Shown: positions 41,022 to 52,641 of the stretch, one piece after another
How the letters are laid out: every line of letters begins with the position of its first letter
How positions within the stretch are numbered: the first letter of the stretch is position 1
Origin: Chiloscyllium plagiosum
Lineage: Eukaryota
Length of the DNA: 64,000 nt
Assembly (NCBI RefSeq): GCF_004010195.1
Contig: NC_057718.1
Span: forward strand, 60,444,137-60,508,136
Direction: 5' to 3'
Program-made: the position numbers and the translations under genes
The notes under the pieces: model-generated
The model's database searches: none
Told to the model about the DNA's origin: nothing
What the model saw: only the letters and a program-made list of their open reading frames with translations

Positions 41022-42227
41022 GTGCTCCTCTTGAAGTATGACTAAAAATCACAGACTAATTTCATTCTGAATGATTTCATTCTATCATCGTTTTGAATAT
41101 ATTTTAAAAGAAAATGTTATCCACATTGTTGCATGTCTGTACATTCAGTGACACAATGTTATAATTTTGAATTCCATATGGTTTGCAGTATAGTTCACAA
41201 ATAAATAAACTGATGCTCTAACTGTGAGCCCCAAAGTGATCACTTATTTTATGTGTCCACAGTAATGAAAAAAATAGCAAATTTGGTGCAGGTTTCAACA
41301 GTTCTTATTTTATTAAGGCAGACCCCATGAGCTAAAGCCATTCAAGAAGGCAGTTGATCACTACCTTCTCTGGGGCAATTAGGCTTGGACAATTAAGGTT
41401 GACTTAGCAGTGATGCCAACATCCCTTGAACAAATGTAAAATCAATTCAACAATGAACCTAATGTTACCTGTTTACGTTTTCTTGAATCTGCCATTGTGC
41501 TGTCCTTTCTCAAAGAGATCACCCAAGAAGCCACACAACATGTCATGTTAGTTAATTCCATTATCTGATTAGTATAAATGGCCTTACAAAGACCAGTTTA
41601 CTTTGGAATTGTTAAAATGATTCAGGTAACGTAAAGTATTTACAATTGCAGTTCCCTTACAGATAACATTGAATAACACACCAAATATCAACAATGCTCT
41701 ATTGGTCTCTGTGAGAAACCCAAGATAAATAGACGAAGCAGCTGTATTCAACTGTGCAAGCTGTTTCTCTGGAATTATTGCCAGTGTTCTACAACAGGAA
41801 TTCCAGATTGTAGGGCTGTATTTGATATTCAAAGTAAAGAGTTGGAATGGATATTCGATTGTGATTGGTCCAGAACCTCAGCTGAACATCATCTTCAGTA
41901 GAACTCACAAAGAGTACAAGAAACCCCTTCAGATAAATTTCTCATTTTACCTAAGAAGCAACAAAATTGAAGAAAGATAAATAATATTCCAACTTACGGT
42001 CAAAATAACATTGGCCCATAGATTTTTTTAAAAATGTGTGGGATTATTTTAAAAGGGAAGGTAGAAACATTGATTTTCATATTTAGTTGCTGAGTACTAA
42101 ATCTCCAGTGATTTATTGATGCAGAGGCTGCTGTAGTCAAAAATATGCAAAGTGCATGAAACTGCAGCTTTTTTCTAAGTTTTGGCTTCTGAGATGAAGA
42201 TTCACACAGATGGCAGAGTTCTGAAGA

Positions 42228-42690
42228 AAAAAAGATTTACAAGGATGTTACCAGGGTTGGAGGATTTGAGCTATAGGGAGAGACTAAATAGACAGGAGGA
42301 GCTGTTTTCTCTGGAGCATCGGAGACTGAGGGGTGACCTTATAGAGATATATAAAATCATGAGGATACAGTAAATAGACAAAGTCTTTTCCCTGCATTAG
42401 GGGAGTCCAGAACTATAGGGCATAGATTTAGGATGAAAGGAGAAAAATATAAAAGAGACCTAAGGGGAAGCTTTTTCGCACAGAGAATGGTGCATGTATG
42501 GAATGAGCTGCCAGAGGAAGTGATAGAGGCTGGTATAATTACAGCATTTAAAAGGCATTTGGATGGGTATATGAATAGGAAGGGTTTAAAGGGGTATAGG
42601 CCAAGTGCTGGCAAATAGGACTAGATCGGCATGGACAAGTTAGACCGAAGGGTTTGTTTCCATGCTACACATTTCGAATACTCTATGATT
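42228..42690 (+). mobile_element. CR1 3' end inserted into the ribozyme of a PLE family D copy (42218-42765)
   Basis: KRFTRMLPGLEDLSYRERL peptide; GTTCTGAAGAA on the left and AAAATGTTAAC plus family D body on the right. Confidence 0.8.
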
Positions 42691-42944
42691 CAAAATGTTA
42701 ACTGCTTTTTCTCGACCATTGCTGCCAGATCAGCTGAGTTCCTCCAGTAATTTCTGTTTTTGTTTTGTGATAATAACCTGTTGTCTTCTAAGATTTGGTA
42801 AGGAGATAAGCAGATGTTTCCCTAAGCATCAATGTGACACACATGGAATGTTGTCCATCAAATATCAGACTTAAGGAAATTAATGTATACTGAGTGAAGG
42901 AAAACAGCCAGGAGTCATTAGACATTGTCAATTTTGGGATTAAG

Positions 42945-43180
42945 TAAAAAATCACACAACACCATGTTATAGACCAACAGGTTTATTTGGAAATACTAGC
43001 TTTCAGAGCGCTGTTCCTTCCTCCGGTGACTAGTGAAGCAGGATCATAAGACGTAAAATTTATAGCAAAAGATCAGTGTCATGCAAATGCATAACATTTC
43101 CCCAAAACAGGTTCTGAAGAAGGGTCACTGGACCAGAAACATTAATCTAATTTCTCTCCACAGATGCTGCCAGACCTACA
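42945..43180. mobile_element. PLE family B (minus, 42945-43090) and family D (plus, 43111-43180) fragments
   Basis: GTT-CTGAAGA-AGGGTCACTGGACCA-GAAACATT-AAT decayed hammerhead at 43111-43146. Confidence 0.75.
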
Positions 43181-43511
43181 AACATAATACCGTGACATTA
43201 AAGGATATATGACCCAAAGAAAGAGAGGAATGGGTTACTGTGTATTCTCGGCTACCGTGTATTCAACAACAGCGAGAAAAGAAACAAAGGAGAACAGGGC
43301 TGACAGTATTGATCAAAGGTATTAGTCAAAATATCGTAAGCTCCCTTGAGCGGGAGGGGGAGTATTTAATCATCTGAAATGGTGATGGCTAGGGAGTCGG
43401 CCATCTTCATAACTCTGCCAAATTACGTCAAGGCTGGGAAGGCTCGAATGTCTTTCATGTCTAGTCACCAAATTGAGGCCCTGAAGTGAGTGATTAACAC
43501 ATATGTAAGGG

Positions 43512-43665
43512 CGAAAGTAAGGACTACAGATGCTGGAGATTAGAGTCGAGAGTGTGGTGCTGGAAAAGCACAGCTTTTGGATGATTCCTGATGAAGGGCT
43601 TTTGCTGAAACATTGATTCTCCTGCTCCTCGGATGCTGCCTGACCTTTTCCAGCACCACACTCTC
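43512..43665. mobile_element. PLE family A fold-back insertion
   Basis: 16-bp TSD AACACATATGTAAGGG at 43496-43511 and 43666-43681. Confidence 0.9.
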
Positions 43666-43722
43666 AACACATATGTAAGGGTCTCATTCCATCACCTCCT
43701 TTTAATAACATTAAAATAATGT

Positions 43723-44319
43723 TCAAAGTTTGTGCAAAGATTTGTAGCTCGGGTGCTCGATGTTGTGGTTCTGTTCGCCGAGCTGGAAGTTTTTGTTGCA
43801 AACGTTTCGTCCCCTGGCTAGGCGACATCATCAGTGCTTGGGAGCCTCCTGCGAAGCGCTTCTTTGATGTTTCCTCCGGTGTTTATAGTGGTCTGTCCCT
43901 GCCGCTTCCAGTTGTCAGTTTCAGCTGTCCGCTGTAGTGGTTGGTATATTGGGTCCAGGTCGATGTGTTTGTTGATGGAGTTTGTGGATGAATGCCATGC
44001 CTCTCGGAATTCATGAATTCGACTGGGACAACACTACTATCATAGGGCAAGCCAGACAGAGAACAGCCAGGGAATTCCTAGAGGCATGGCATTCATCCAC
44101 AAACTCCATCAACAAACACATCGACCTGGACCCAATATACCAACCACTACAGCGGACGGCTGAAACTGACAACCGGAAGCGGCAGGGACAGACCACTATA
44201 AACACCGGAGGAAACATCAAAGAAGCGCTTCGCAGGAGGCTCCCAAGCACTGATGATGTCGCCTAGCCAGGGGACGAAACGTTTGCAACAAAAACTTCCA
44301 GCTCGGCAAACAGAACCAC
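43723..44319. mobile_element. PLE family C (Penelope/Poseidon-like) fold-back insertion
   Basis: Near-perfect 253-bp inverted arms (43760-44012 and 44072-44324); HEFDWDNTTII..REFLEAWHS..INKHIDLDPIY endonuclease C-terminus; 16-bp TSD AACATTAAAATAATGT at 43707-43722 and 44320-44335. Confidence 0.9.
44247..44286 (+). ncRNA. Minimal hammerhead ribozyme motif (family C); mirror copy at 43798-43837 on minus strand
   Basis: GCA-CUGAUGA-U-GUCGCCU(AGCC)AGGGGAC-GAA-ACGU-U-UGC. Confidence 0.8.
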
Positions 44320-44991
44320 AACATTAAAATAATGTAGTATCCCGTGTGTGAATTTGCCAAGTCATTTGCTTCATCATGATGCCAATACACGATGAACCAA
44401 CATTTCTCATGCTTGATTGGTGATTACTTCAGCCCTAATGAAAGGGGATGATAATGGATTAATGGGAGTGAGCCAGTGTACTACTTTGTTGTTTTACCGT
44501 GTAAGAAATCTTCAAGTTATTTAAGGCATACCTGGTACTACGTGGGTAGATGGTCTGTTGGATATATTACCTTCATATTGGTTACTGAGCTTCATGTCAT
44601 CTACCTTGCTCTCAACATCAGTTGATACCTTGGCTGTCCATCTCAAGCAGACCTCTTCGCTGCACAATGTTTTGCAGAACACAGCACACCAGTAACATTC
44701 TGGACTTTTGTTGAAAGTGAATGTACGGAAAGATGTCTGGGTACTTGATGTACATTTTCAGCATATCCATGGGTTGCTCTATAACAATTTTTAGTAGGGT
44801 TTAAGGAAAACGTTATAAGAGTATTGAGGTTTAAAATAGCAATATTGGAGTTAAGTTAGCATTATAAATGACTTTCATGTCCAGTCACCAAATTGAGTTA
44901 AGTTAGCATTATGAACAAAATGATCATGATCTGTGAACTTGAGGTAATTCCAGCATACGCTAACAATCAGAGCAAGAGTGTCTTCCACAAA

Positions 44992-45315
44992 GGTGGTGGC
45001 CTAGTTGTATTATCATTAGACTGTTGATTCATTTACCTAGGCAATGTCCTGGGGACCTGGATTTGAATCCCACATGGCAGTTGGTAGAATTTGCATTCAA
45101 TAAAAATCTCAAATTAAGAGTCGAATAACCACAAAACCATTGCAAGGGAGAAACCCATCTAATTCACAAATGTTCTTTAGAGATCAAAACCGTCATTTCT
45201 GGATGGTATGGTATGCATGTGACTTCAGACCCACAGCAATGTGGTTGACAGCTAATCTGTAAGCAACAAATGCTGGTCTGGTCAGTGGACCCTACATTTC
45301 ATGAATGAACAAAAA
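44992..45315 (+). mobile_element. tRNA-derived SINE (same family as 22150-22525)
   Basis: GGTGGTGGCCTAGTTGTA head, TTTGAATCCC B box, shared body. Confidence 0.7.
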
Positions 45316-46189
45316 AGATTGCAGGTATGGTCAGCAGAAGATACGCGCAGGCGCAGAATGTGTGCCTTTTTGACTCAACATCTCATCCATGCAGGCAAGA
45401 ATATAGGCATCAGGCAACCAACATTGTAGCCAATGGCTTGTTAACTTACGTGGTCTAAAACATCAGAGAATACGATTCTTTCAAAAATTGAGTGCACTTC
45501 ACATAAGCTTGATTCTGATTGTTTTTCATGGGTCTCATAGAACAGCCATAAACATAAAGCAACAAAGTGCCATTAGAACAGAACATTTATGGTTTATAGC
45601 TTTCCTCTGTACCTATGAATATCAGCATAATTTTCTTTGGAATTTTTTTTCTTTTCAGAATGTCACATGAATTGCTGTCAAAATTACTTACTGACCTTGC
45701 AGTCCTTCAAAGTGCCATTTGGAAATAATGCTTTCAATAACTGAAAACAATCTCTATTGTATTTCTGGAAGTAAACACAGTTTCATATGTGACTCCAATT
45801 ATAATAAAAAAAAGTTCTATGTTTCACTGACTGTAAAGGTTAGTGGAATTGTTCAAATTAAAATCTTGATGATTATATTATTATTTTCAATACCAAGTTC
45901 TAGATCTCCTTTGTACCCTGTGAATTCTTATTAGAACAAGAATGCTTACACTTTTTAATTCATTCGTGAGATGTGGACATCACTGGCAGGGCCAGAAATC
46001 ATTGCTCAAAAGTAATTGCCCAAATGGGTGGCACATTGACTCAGTGGTTAGCGCTGTTTCCTCATAGAATCAGGGACCCGGGTTCGACTCCAGTCTCGGG
46101 CGACCGTCTGTGTGGAGTTGGCACATTCTTCCTGTGCCTGCCTGGGCTTCCTCCAGGTGCTCCTGTTTCCTCCCACAATCCATAAGATG

Positions 46190-49100
46190 ATATTAATTTC
46201 TGGGTCTGTAGATTGTGCAGGAGCAAAAATGGCCTTTAATAGAGTGATATGCACTTCTGTCAGAGGTGGGAGTTTAAAGAGAGTTTAAGGGTTACTGCAG
46301 ATTATATTTGCCATAAATGCTGTTGGCTGCGAATCTTATCAGATCGAATGGATCAGTTGGAGAGACAGTTAGAAGCAATGAGGAATTTGCAACAGCAACA
46401 GTATGTGATGGATGGCAGTTATAGGAAGGGGGGACAGTCTCAGATACAGTCACATAGATGGGTTAACTCCAGGAAAGGTAAGAGAGGTAGGCAGCTAGTG
46501 CAGGAGTCTTTTGTGGCTATACCCATTTCAAACAGGTATGGTGTTTTGGAAAATGTAGGAGGTGATGGATTCTCAGGGGAATGTAGCACGAACAGCCAAG
46601 TTTCTGGTATTGAGACTGACTCTAATGCAACGAGGAGTATGTTGGGTTCAAAGAGATCAGTTGCGTTAGAGGATGCTCTAGTCCAAGGTACAGACAGACG
46701 TTTCTGTGGCCAGCAGTGAAAAAGCAGAACGATGTGTTGCCTCCCTGGTGCTAGGATCAAGGATGTCTCAGAGAATGTGCGGAATGTTCTTACAGGGGAG
46801 AGGGGCCAGCAAGAGGTCATTGTCCACATTGGACCAACAACATAGGAAGGGAAAAGGTTGAGATTCTGAAGGGAGATTACAGAGAGTTAGGCAGAAATTT
46901 AAAAAGGAGGTCCTCGAGAGTAGTGATATCTGGATTACTCCCAGTGCTACAAGCTAGTGAGGGCAGGAATAGGAGGATAGAGCAGATGAATGTATGACTG
47001 AGGAGCTGATGTATGGAAGAAGGATTCACATTTTTGGATCATTGGAATCTCTTTTGGTAGAAGTGACCTGGACAAGAAGGACGGATTGTAACGAAATTGG
47101 AAGGGGACAAATAGACTGGCAGGGAGATTTGCTAGAGCTGCTCAGGAGGATTTAAACTAGTAAGGTAGTGTGGGGTGGGGGGGGGAGCACGCAGGGAGAT
47201 AGTGAGTAAAGAGATCAGTCTGAGACTGGTACAGTTGAGAAAAGAAGCAAGTCAAACAGTCAGGAAAGGCAAGGACAAAGCAGAGAACAAGGTAGGACTA
47301 ATAAATTAAACTGCATTTATTTCAATGCACGAGGCCTAACAGGGAAGGCAGATGAACTCAGGGCATGGTTAGGAAAATGGGACTGGGATATCATAGCAAT
47401 TACAGAAACATGGCTCAGGGATGGGCAGGACTGGCAGCTTAATGTTCCAGGATACAAATGCTACAGGAAGGATAGAAAGGGAGGCAAGAGAGAAGGGGGT
47501 GGCATTTTTGATAAGGGATAGCAGTACAGCTGTACTGAGGGAGGATATTCTGGAAATACATCCAGGGACGTTATTTGGGTGGAACTGAGAAATAAGAAAG
47601 GGATGATCACCTTATTGGGATTGTATTATAGACCCCTTAATAGTCAGGGGGAAATTGAGAAACAAACTTGTAAGGAGATCTCAGCTATCTGTAAGAATAA
47701 TAGGGTAGTTATGGTCAGGGATTTTAGCTTTCCAAACATAGACCAGGACTGCTATAGCGTTAAAGGTTTAGATGGAAAGGAATCAGTTAACTGTGTACAA
47801 GACAATGTTTTGATTAAGTATGTGGCTGTAACTACTAGAGAAGATTCAAAACTTGACCTATTCTTGGGAAATAAGGCAGGACAGGTGACTGAAGTGTCAG
47901 TGGGGGAGCATTTTGGGGCCAGCGACCATAATTATGTTAGATTTAAAATAATGATGGCAAAAGATAGACCAGATCTAAAAGTTGAAGTTCTAAATTGGAG
48001 AAAAGCCAATATTGACGGTATTAGGCAAGAACTTTCAAAAACTGATTGGAGGCAGATGTTCGCAGGTAAAGGGACGGCTGGAAAATTTGGAAGCCTTCAG
48101 AAATGAGATAACGAGACTTCAGAGAAAGAATATTCCTGTTAGGGTGAAAGGAAAGGCTGGTAGGTATAGGGAATGCTGGATGACTAAAGAAGTTGAGGGT
48201 TTGGTTCAGAAAAAGAAGGAAGTATATGTAAGGTATAGACAGGATAGGTCGAGTGAATACTTAGAAGATTATAAAGGCAGTAGGAGTATACTTAAAAGGG
48301 AAATCAGGAGGGCAAAAAGGGGACATGAGATAGCTTTGGCAAGTAGAATTAAGGAGAATCCAAAGAGTTTTTACAAATACATTAAGAACAAAAGGGTAAC
48401 TAGGGAGCGAATAGGGCCCCTCAAAGATCAGCAAGGCGGCCTTTGTGTGGAGCCGCAGAAAATGGGGAGACACTAAATGAGTATTTTGCATCAGTATTTA
48501 TTGTGGAAAAGGATATAGAAGATATAGACTGTTGGGAAGTAGATGGTGACATCTTGCAAAATGTCCAGATTACAGAGGAGGAAGTGCTGGATGTCTTGAA
48601 ATGGGTAAAGGTGGATAAATCCCCAGGACCTGATCAGGTGTACCCAAGAACTCTGTGGGAAGCTAGGGAAGTGATTGCTGGGCCTCTTGCTGAGATANNN
48701 NNNNNNNNNNNNNNNNNNNNNNNNNNNNNNNNNNNNNNNNNNNNNNNNNNNNNNNNNNNNNNNNNNNNNNNNNNNNNNNNNNNNNNNNNNNNNNNNNNNN
48801 NNNNNNNNNNNNNNNNNNNNNNNNNNNNNNNNNNNNNNNNNNNNNNNNNNNNNNNNNNNNNNNNNNNNNNNNNNNNNNNNNNNNNNNNNNNNNNNNNNNN
48901 NNNNNNNNNNNNNNNNNNNNNNNNNNNNNNNNNNNNNNNNNNNNNNNNNNNNNNNNNNNNNNNNNNNNNNNNNNNNNNNNNNNNNNNNNNNNNNNNNNNN
49001 NNNNNNNNNNNNNNNNNNNNNNNNNNNNNNNNNNNNNNNNNNNNNNNNNNNNNNNNNNNNNNNNNNNNNNNNNNNNNNNNNNNNNNNNNNNNNNNNNNNN

Positions 49101-49751
49101 NNNNNNNNNNNNNNNNNNNNNNNNNNNNNNNNNNNNNNNNNNNNNNNNNNNNNNNNNNNNNNNNNNNNNNNNNNNNNNNNNNNNNNNNNNNNNGTTGGAA
49201 TATTGTGTGCAATTCTGGTCTCTTTCCTATCGGAAAGATGTTGTGAAACTTGAAAGAGTTCAGAAAAGATTTACAAGGGTGTTGCCAGGGTTGGAGGATT
49301 TGAGCTATAGGGAGAGGCTGAACAGGCTGGGGCTGTTTTCCCTTAAGCATCGGAGGCTGAGGGGTGACCTTATAGAGGTTTACAAAATTATGAGCGGCAT
49401 AGATAGGGTAAATAGGCAAACTCTTTTCCCTGGGGTCGGGGAGTCCAGAACTAGAGGGCATAGGTTTAGGGTGAGAGGGAAAAGATATAAAAGAGACCTA
49501 CAGGGCAACATTTTCACACAGAGGGTGGTACGTGTATGAAATGAGCTGCCAGAGGAAGTGGTGGAGACTGGTACAATTGCAACATTTAAGAGGCATTTGG
49601 ATGGGTGTATGAATAGGAAAGGTTTGGAGGGATTTGGGCCGGGTGATGGCAGGTGGGACTAGATTGAGTTGGGATATCTGGTCGGCATGGACAGGTTGGA
49701 CTGAAGGGTCTGTTTCCATGCTGTACATCTCTATGACTTTATGACTCTATG
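46190..49751 (+). mobile_element. Near full-length, inactivated CR1/HER1-like LINE (ORF1 about 46240-47160; ORF2 about 47310-49660)
   Basis: ORF1 with Cys motif, coiled coil and SGNH esterase motifs (CCLPGARIKD, VIVHIGTN); ORF2 endonuclease (NARG, AITETW, YYRP, SDHN) and RT start (KSPGPDQVYP); CTATGACT tail; several stops and frameshifts. Confidence 0.95.
48698..49193. other. Assembly gap (N run)
   Basis: 496 consecutive N. Confidence 1.
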
Positions 49752-49954
49752 TGCCGGTTAGGTGAAAAGGCTAAGTTAAATTGCCCACAGTATTCAGGGA
49801 TGTATAGGTTAGATGCAGTTGTCAGAAATAAATGGGGGTAATAAGGAAGGTGTAAGGGTGAGTTAATCTTTGGAGGATCAGTGTGGTCTTGTTTGGCCTA
49901 ATGGCCTGTTTCCACACTGTACGGATTCTATGAATGCCTTCTCTGCGTTGTTTG

Positions 49955-50085
49955 TGAGTTTTGATAAGATTTGTAGCTCAGGTTGAAGTTCTGGATGTAG
50001 GTTTGGTCACTGAGCTGGAAGGTTCATTTTCAGACATTTTGTCACCATACTAGGTAACATCTTCAGTGAACCTCTAGATGAAGCT
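49955..50085 (-). mobile_element. PLE family C-related short copy
   Basis: AAGATTTGTAGCTC tail shared with family C; decayed CA-CTGAAGA-T-GTTACC..GGTGAC-AAAATGTC-TG ribozyme. Confidence 0.7.
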
Positions 50086-50109
50086 TCCATGAATTCTCCT
50101 TAAGAACTT

Positions 50110-51745
50110 TGTGTTGAGCCACCTTATTAAACTGTTGTGGTTCATGTGGTGTAAGTACGCCCACAGTAGGAAGATCATTCCAGAATTTTCACCCAGCAAC
50201 AGAAAGAAATTGCAACACGCTTACTAGTCAGAATAGTGTGTGATTTGGAAGAAAACTTACAGGTAGTTCTGTTCCCCTGTTGCCACTAGCCTTGTTCTTC
50301 CATGTGGTAGAGGTCACAGTTTGTTGCTGTTAAAAGAGTTTTGTTACTTTCTGCAGTGCATCTTGCATCTTGACACACATTGTGTACCAATGATAGACGG
50401 AATGAATGTTTCTGCAGGTGGATGGATGCCAGGCAAAGAAGTGTCCTGTGCTGGATGCTGTTCAGCTTCTTGAGATTTTTGGAGATGCACCCATATGGAT
50501 GAGTGGAAAGTATTCCATCAAACCTCTGACTTGTGGTTTATAGATTGTGGACAGGCTTTGAGTCAAGTGGTGAGATACTGGCAGCAGAATTCCCATTCGC
50601 TGACCTGCTCTTGCAGGCAGGAATTCATGGCTGGTCCAGTTCAAATTCTAATCAATGGTAGCTTCACGATGTAAATGCTGAGGTACTTATCAAAAGTGGA
50701 TTTTAGTTGCTGTCTTGTGTGAGAGTAGGGCATTTTCTGCCACTTATGTGATGCAAATATATCATTTCCCCTTATCAACCCAAGCCTAGAACTTTCTGCA
50801 TTTGGAAATAGACTACTGCAATATCTGAGGAATCACAAATGGGTGCTGAGCAATGTTCAGCCATCAGTGAACAGCAGCACTTGTGACCTTTATGATGGAA
50901 GGAAAGTCATTGATGAAACAACTGAAGATGCTTGAACTTAAGACATTACCTTGAGGACATCCTACAGAAATGTCCTGGGAGTAGGATGATTGGTTGAAAA
51001 ACAACCATCATCCTATTCCTTTGCATTCTAGCTAGTAATGCTTAACCTCCTATTTTTACTGATTTTCGTTCAACTAGAGTTGCTTGATGCCTCACCAGGG
51101 CAAGTGATGCCTTTATTGTCAAGGGAATCACTGTCACCTCTGGAACTCAGTGGAAGTGTCCATGGGTAGACCACAGTTATGATAATATCTGAAGCCAAGT
51201 GGTACTGGCAGAAGTCAAAATGAGCCTTAGTGAGAAGTCAATTGGTGAAATGTGTCATTTGATAACACTACTAATAAGACTTCCATCAATGTCAGTGATT
51301 GGGAGTAGATTTATGAGGTGGTAAGATTGGTTAGAGTGGATCATTTCCCTTTTTTATGGACAGAACATAGCTGGGCAATCTTCCTTGTTGCTGGATTGAT
51401 GCCAGTTTTGTAGCTGTGCTAGAATAACTTGACAAAGGATAACAACTTATTCTGGAGCACAATTGCATAGCTCTACAGTTGAGAGGTTGTTGAGGCCTTT
51501 CATTTATGTAGCACCCATTATGTTCAGCTGCTTCTTGAATATTGTGCAAAATAAATTGATTATTTCAAGATTGCCCTTTGTGAAACTGGGGACTGTAAAA
51601 GGAAATTCAATGGATCATCCACTTTGTAATTCAGGATGAAGATTATGTACTGGCACTTGGCTCCCCATCACTGGGGATGGAGATGTATGTAAATGCCTCC
51701 ACACCTTCCTAGTAGGTTAAATGTTCACTACAATTCATGACTGGA
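50110..51745 (-). mobile_element. Ancient decayed LINE ORF2 (CR1/L2-like); continues at 52290-52400 and after 55080
   Basis: IYKPQVRGLMEYFPL and PQG..LSSSIFSCFINDFP remnants. Confidence 0.6.
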
Positions 51746-51748
51746 TAT

Positions 51749-52291
51749 AGGCAAAAGTGAATACTGCAAGCTGCTGGAAATCAGAGTCTAGATTAAAGGT
51801 GCTGGAAAAGCACAGCAGGTCAGGCAGCATCCGAGGAGCAGGAAAATCAATGTTTCAGGCTAAAGCCCTTCATCAAGAATGAAGGCAGGGAGCCTCCAGG
51901 CTGGAGAGATAAATGGGAGGGTGGGGTGGGGCTGGAGAAAAGGTAGCAAAGAGTACAATAGGTGGATGGGGGTGGGATTGAAGGTGATAGGTGAGAGAGG
52001 AGCGGAGAGGGAGGAAGGAAGATTGGCAGATAGGACATTCACCCATTGTACTTTTTGCTACCTTTCCCCACCCTCCTCTCTGACCTATCACCTTCTTCCC
52101 CACCCCATCCACCTATTGTACTCTTTACTACCTTCTCCCCAGCTCCACCTCCCCCCTCCCGTTTATCTCTCCACCCTGGAGGCTCCCTGCCTTCATTCCT
52201 GATGAAGGGCATTTGCCTGAAATGTTGATTTTCCTATTCCTCGGATGCTGCCTAACCTGCTGTGCTTTTCCAGCATCATTCTAATCTAGAG
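51749..52291. mobile_element. PLE family A fold-back with purine-rich UTR
   Basis: Diverged inverted arms of about 200-240 bp; 14-bp TSD TCATGACTGGATAT at 51735-51748 and 52292-52305. Confidence 0.9.
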
Positions 52292-52401
52292 TCATGACTG
52301 GATATGTCAGGACTGTGCAGCTTAGATCTGATCCATCAGTTGTAGGATTGCTTACTTCCACTGATAGCAAGTTGAAATTTAGCAAGTACGTAGTCTAGTG
52401 T

Positions 52402-52632
52402 AGTTGAAACTTTATTGCTGGAACAGCACAGCAGGTCAGGCAGCATCCAGGGAACAGGAGATTCGACGTTTCGGGCACAGGCCCTTCTTCAGGCACAGAG
52501 AAGGGCCTGAAGAAGGGCCTGTGCCCGAAACGTCGAATCTCCTGTTCCCTGGATGCTGCCTGACCTGCTGTGCTGTTCCAGCAATAAAGTTTCAACTTTG
52601 ATCTCCAGCATCTGCAGACCTCACTTTCTCCT
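52402..52632. mobile_element. Very young PLE family A fold-back
   Basis: Perfect 93-bp inverted arms (52402-52494 and 52505-52597), 10-nt loop, hammerhead core CUGAAGA-A-GGGC(CUGU)GCCC-GAA-ACGU-C on both strands; TSD CGTAGTCTAGTGT. Confidence 0.95.
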
Positions 52633-52641
52633 CGTAGTCTA

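Larger units (their letters stand above)
46027..49932 (+). mobile_element. HE1 SINE split by a CR1 insertion (halves at 46027-46190 and 49752-49932)
   Basis: 5' half ends at TCCCACAATCCATAAGATG; 3' half resumes at GTGCCGGTTAGGTG. Confidence 0.8.

Noticed and set aside
48443..49461. Long ORFs of 192-275 aa
   Set aside because: Artefacts of translating through the N gap within CR1 ORF2.
8004..52632. Short palindromic elements as DNA-transposon MITEs or CRISPR-like repeats
   Set aside because: Arms are asymmetric, TSD length varies, longer copies of families B and C extend into GIY-YIG coding sequence, and there is no regular repeat-spacer array.
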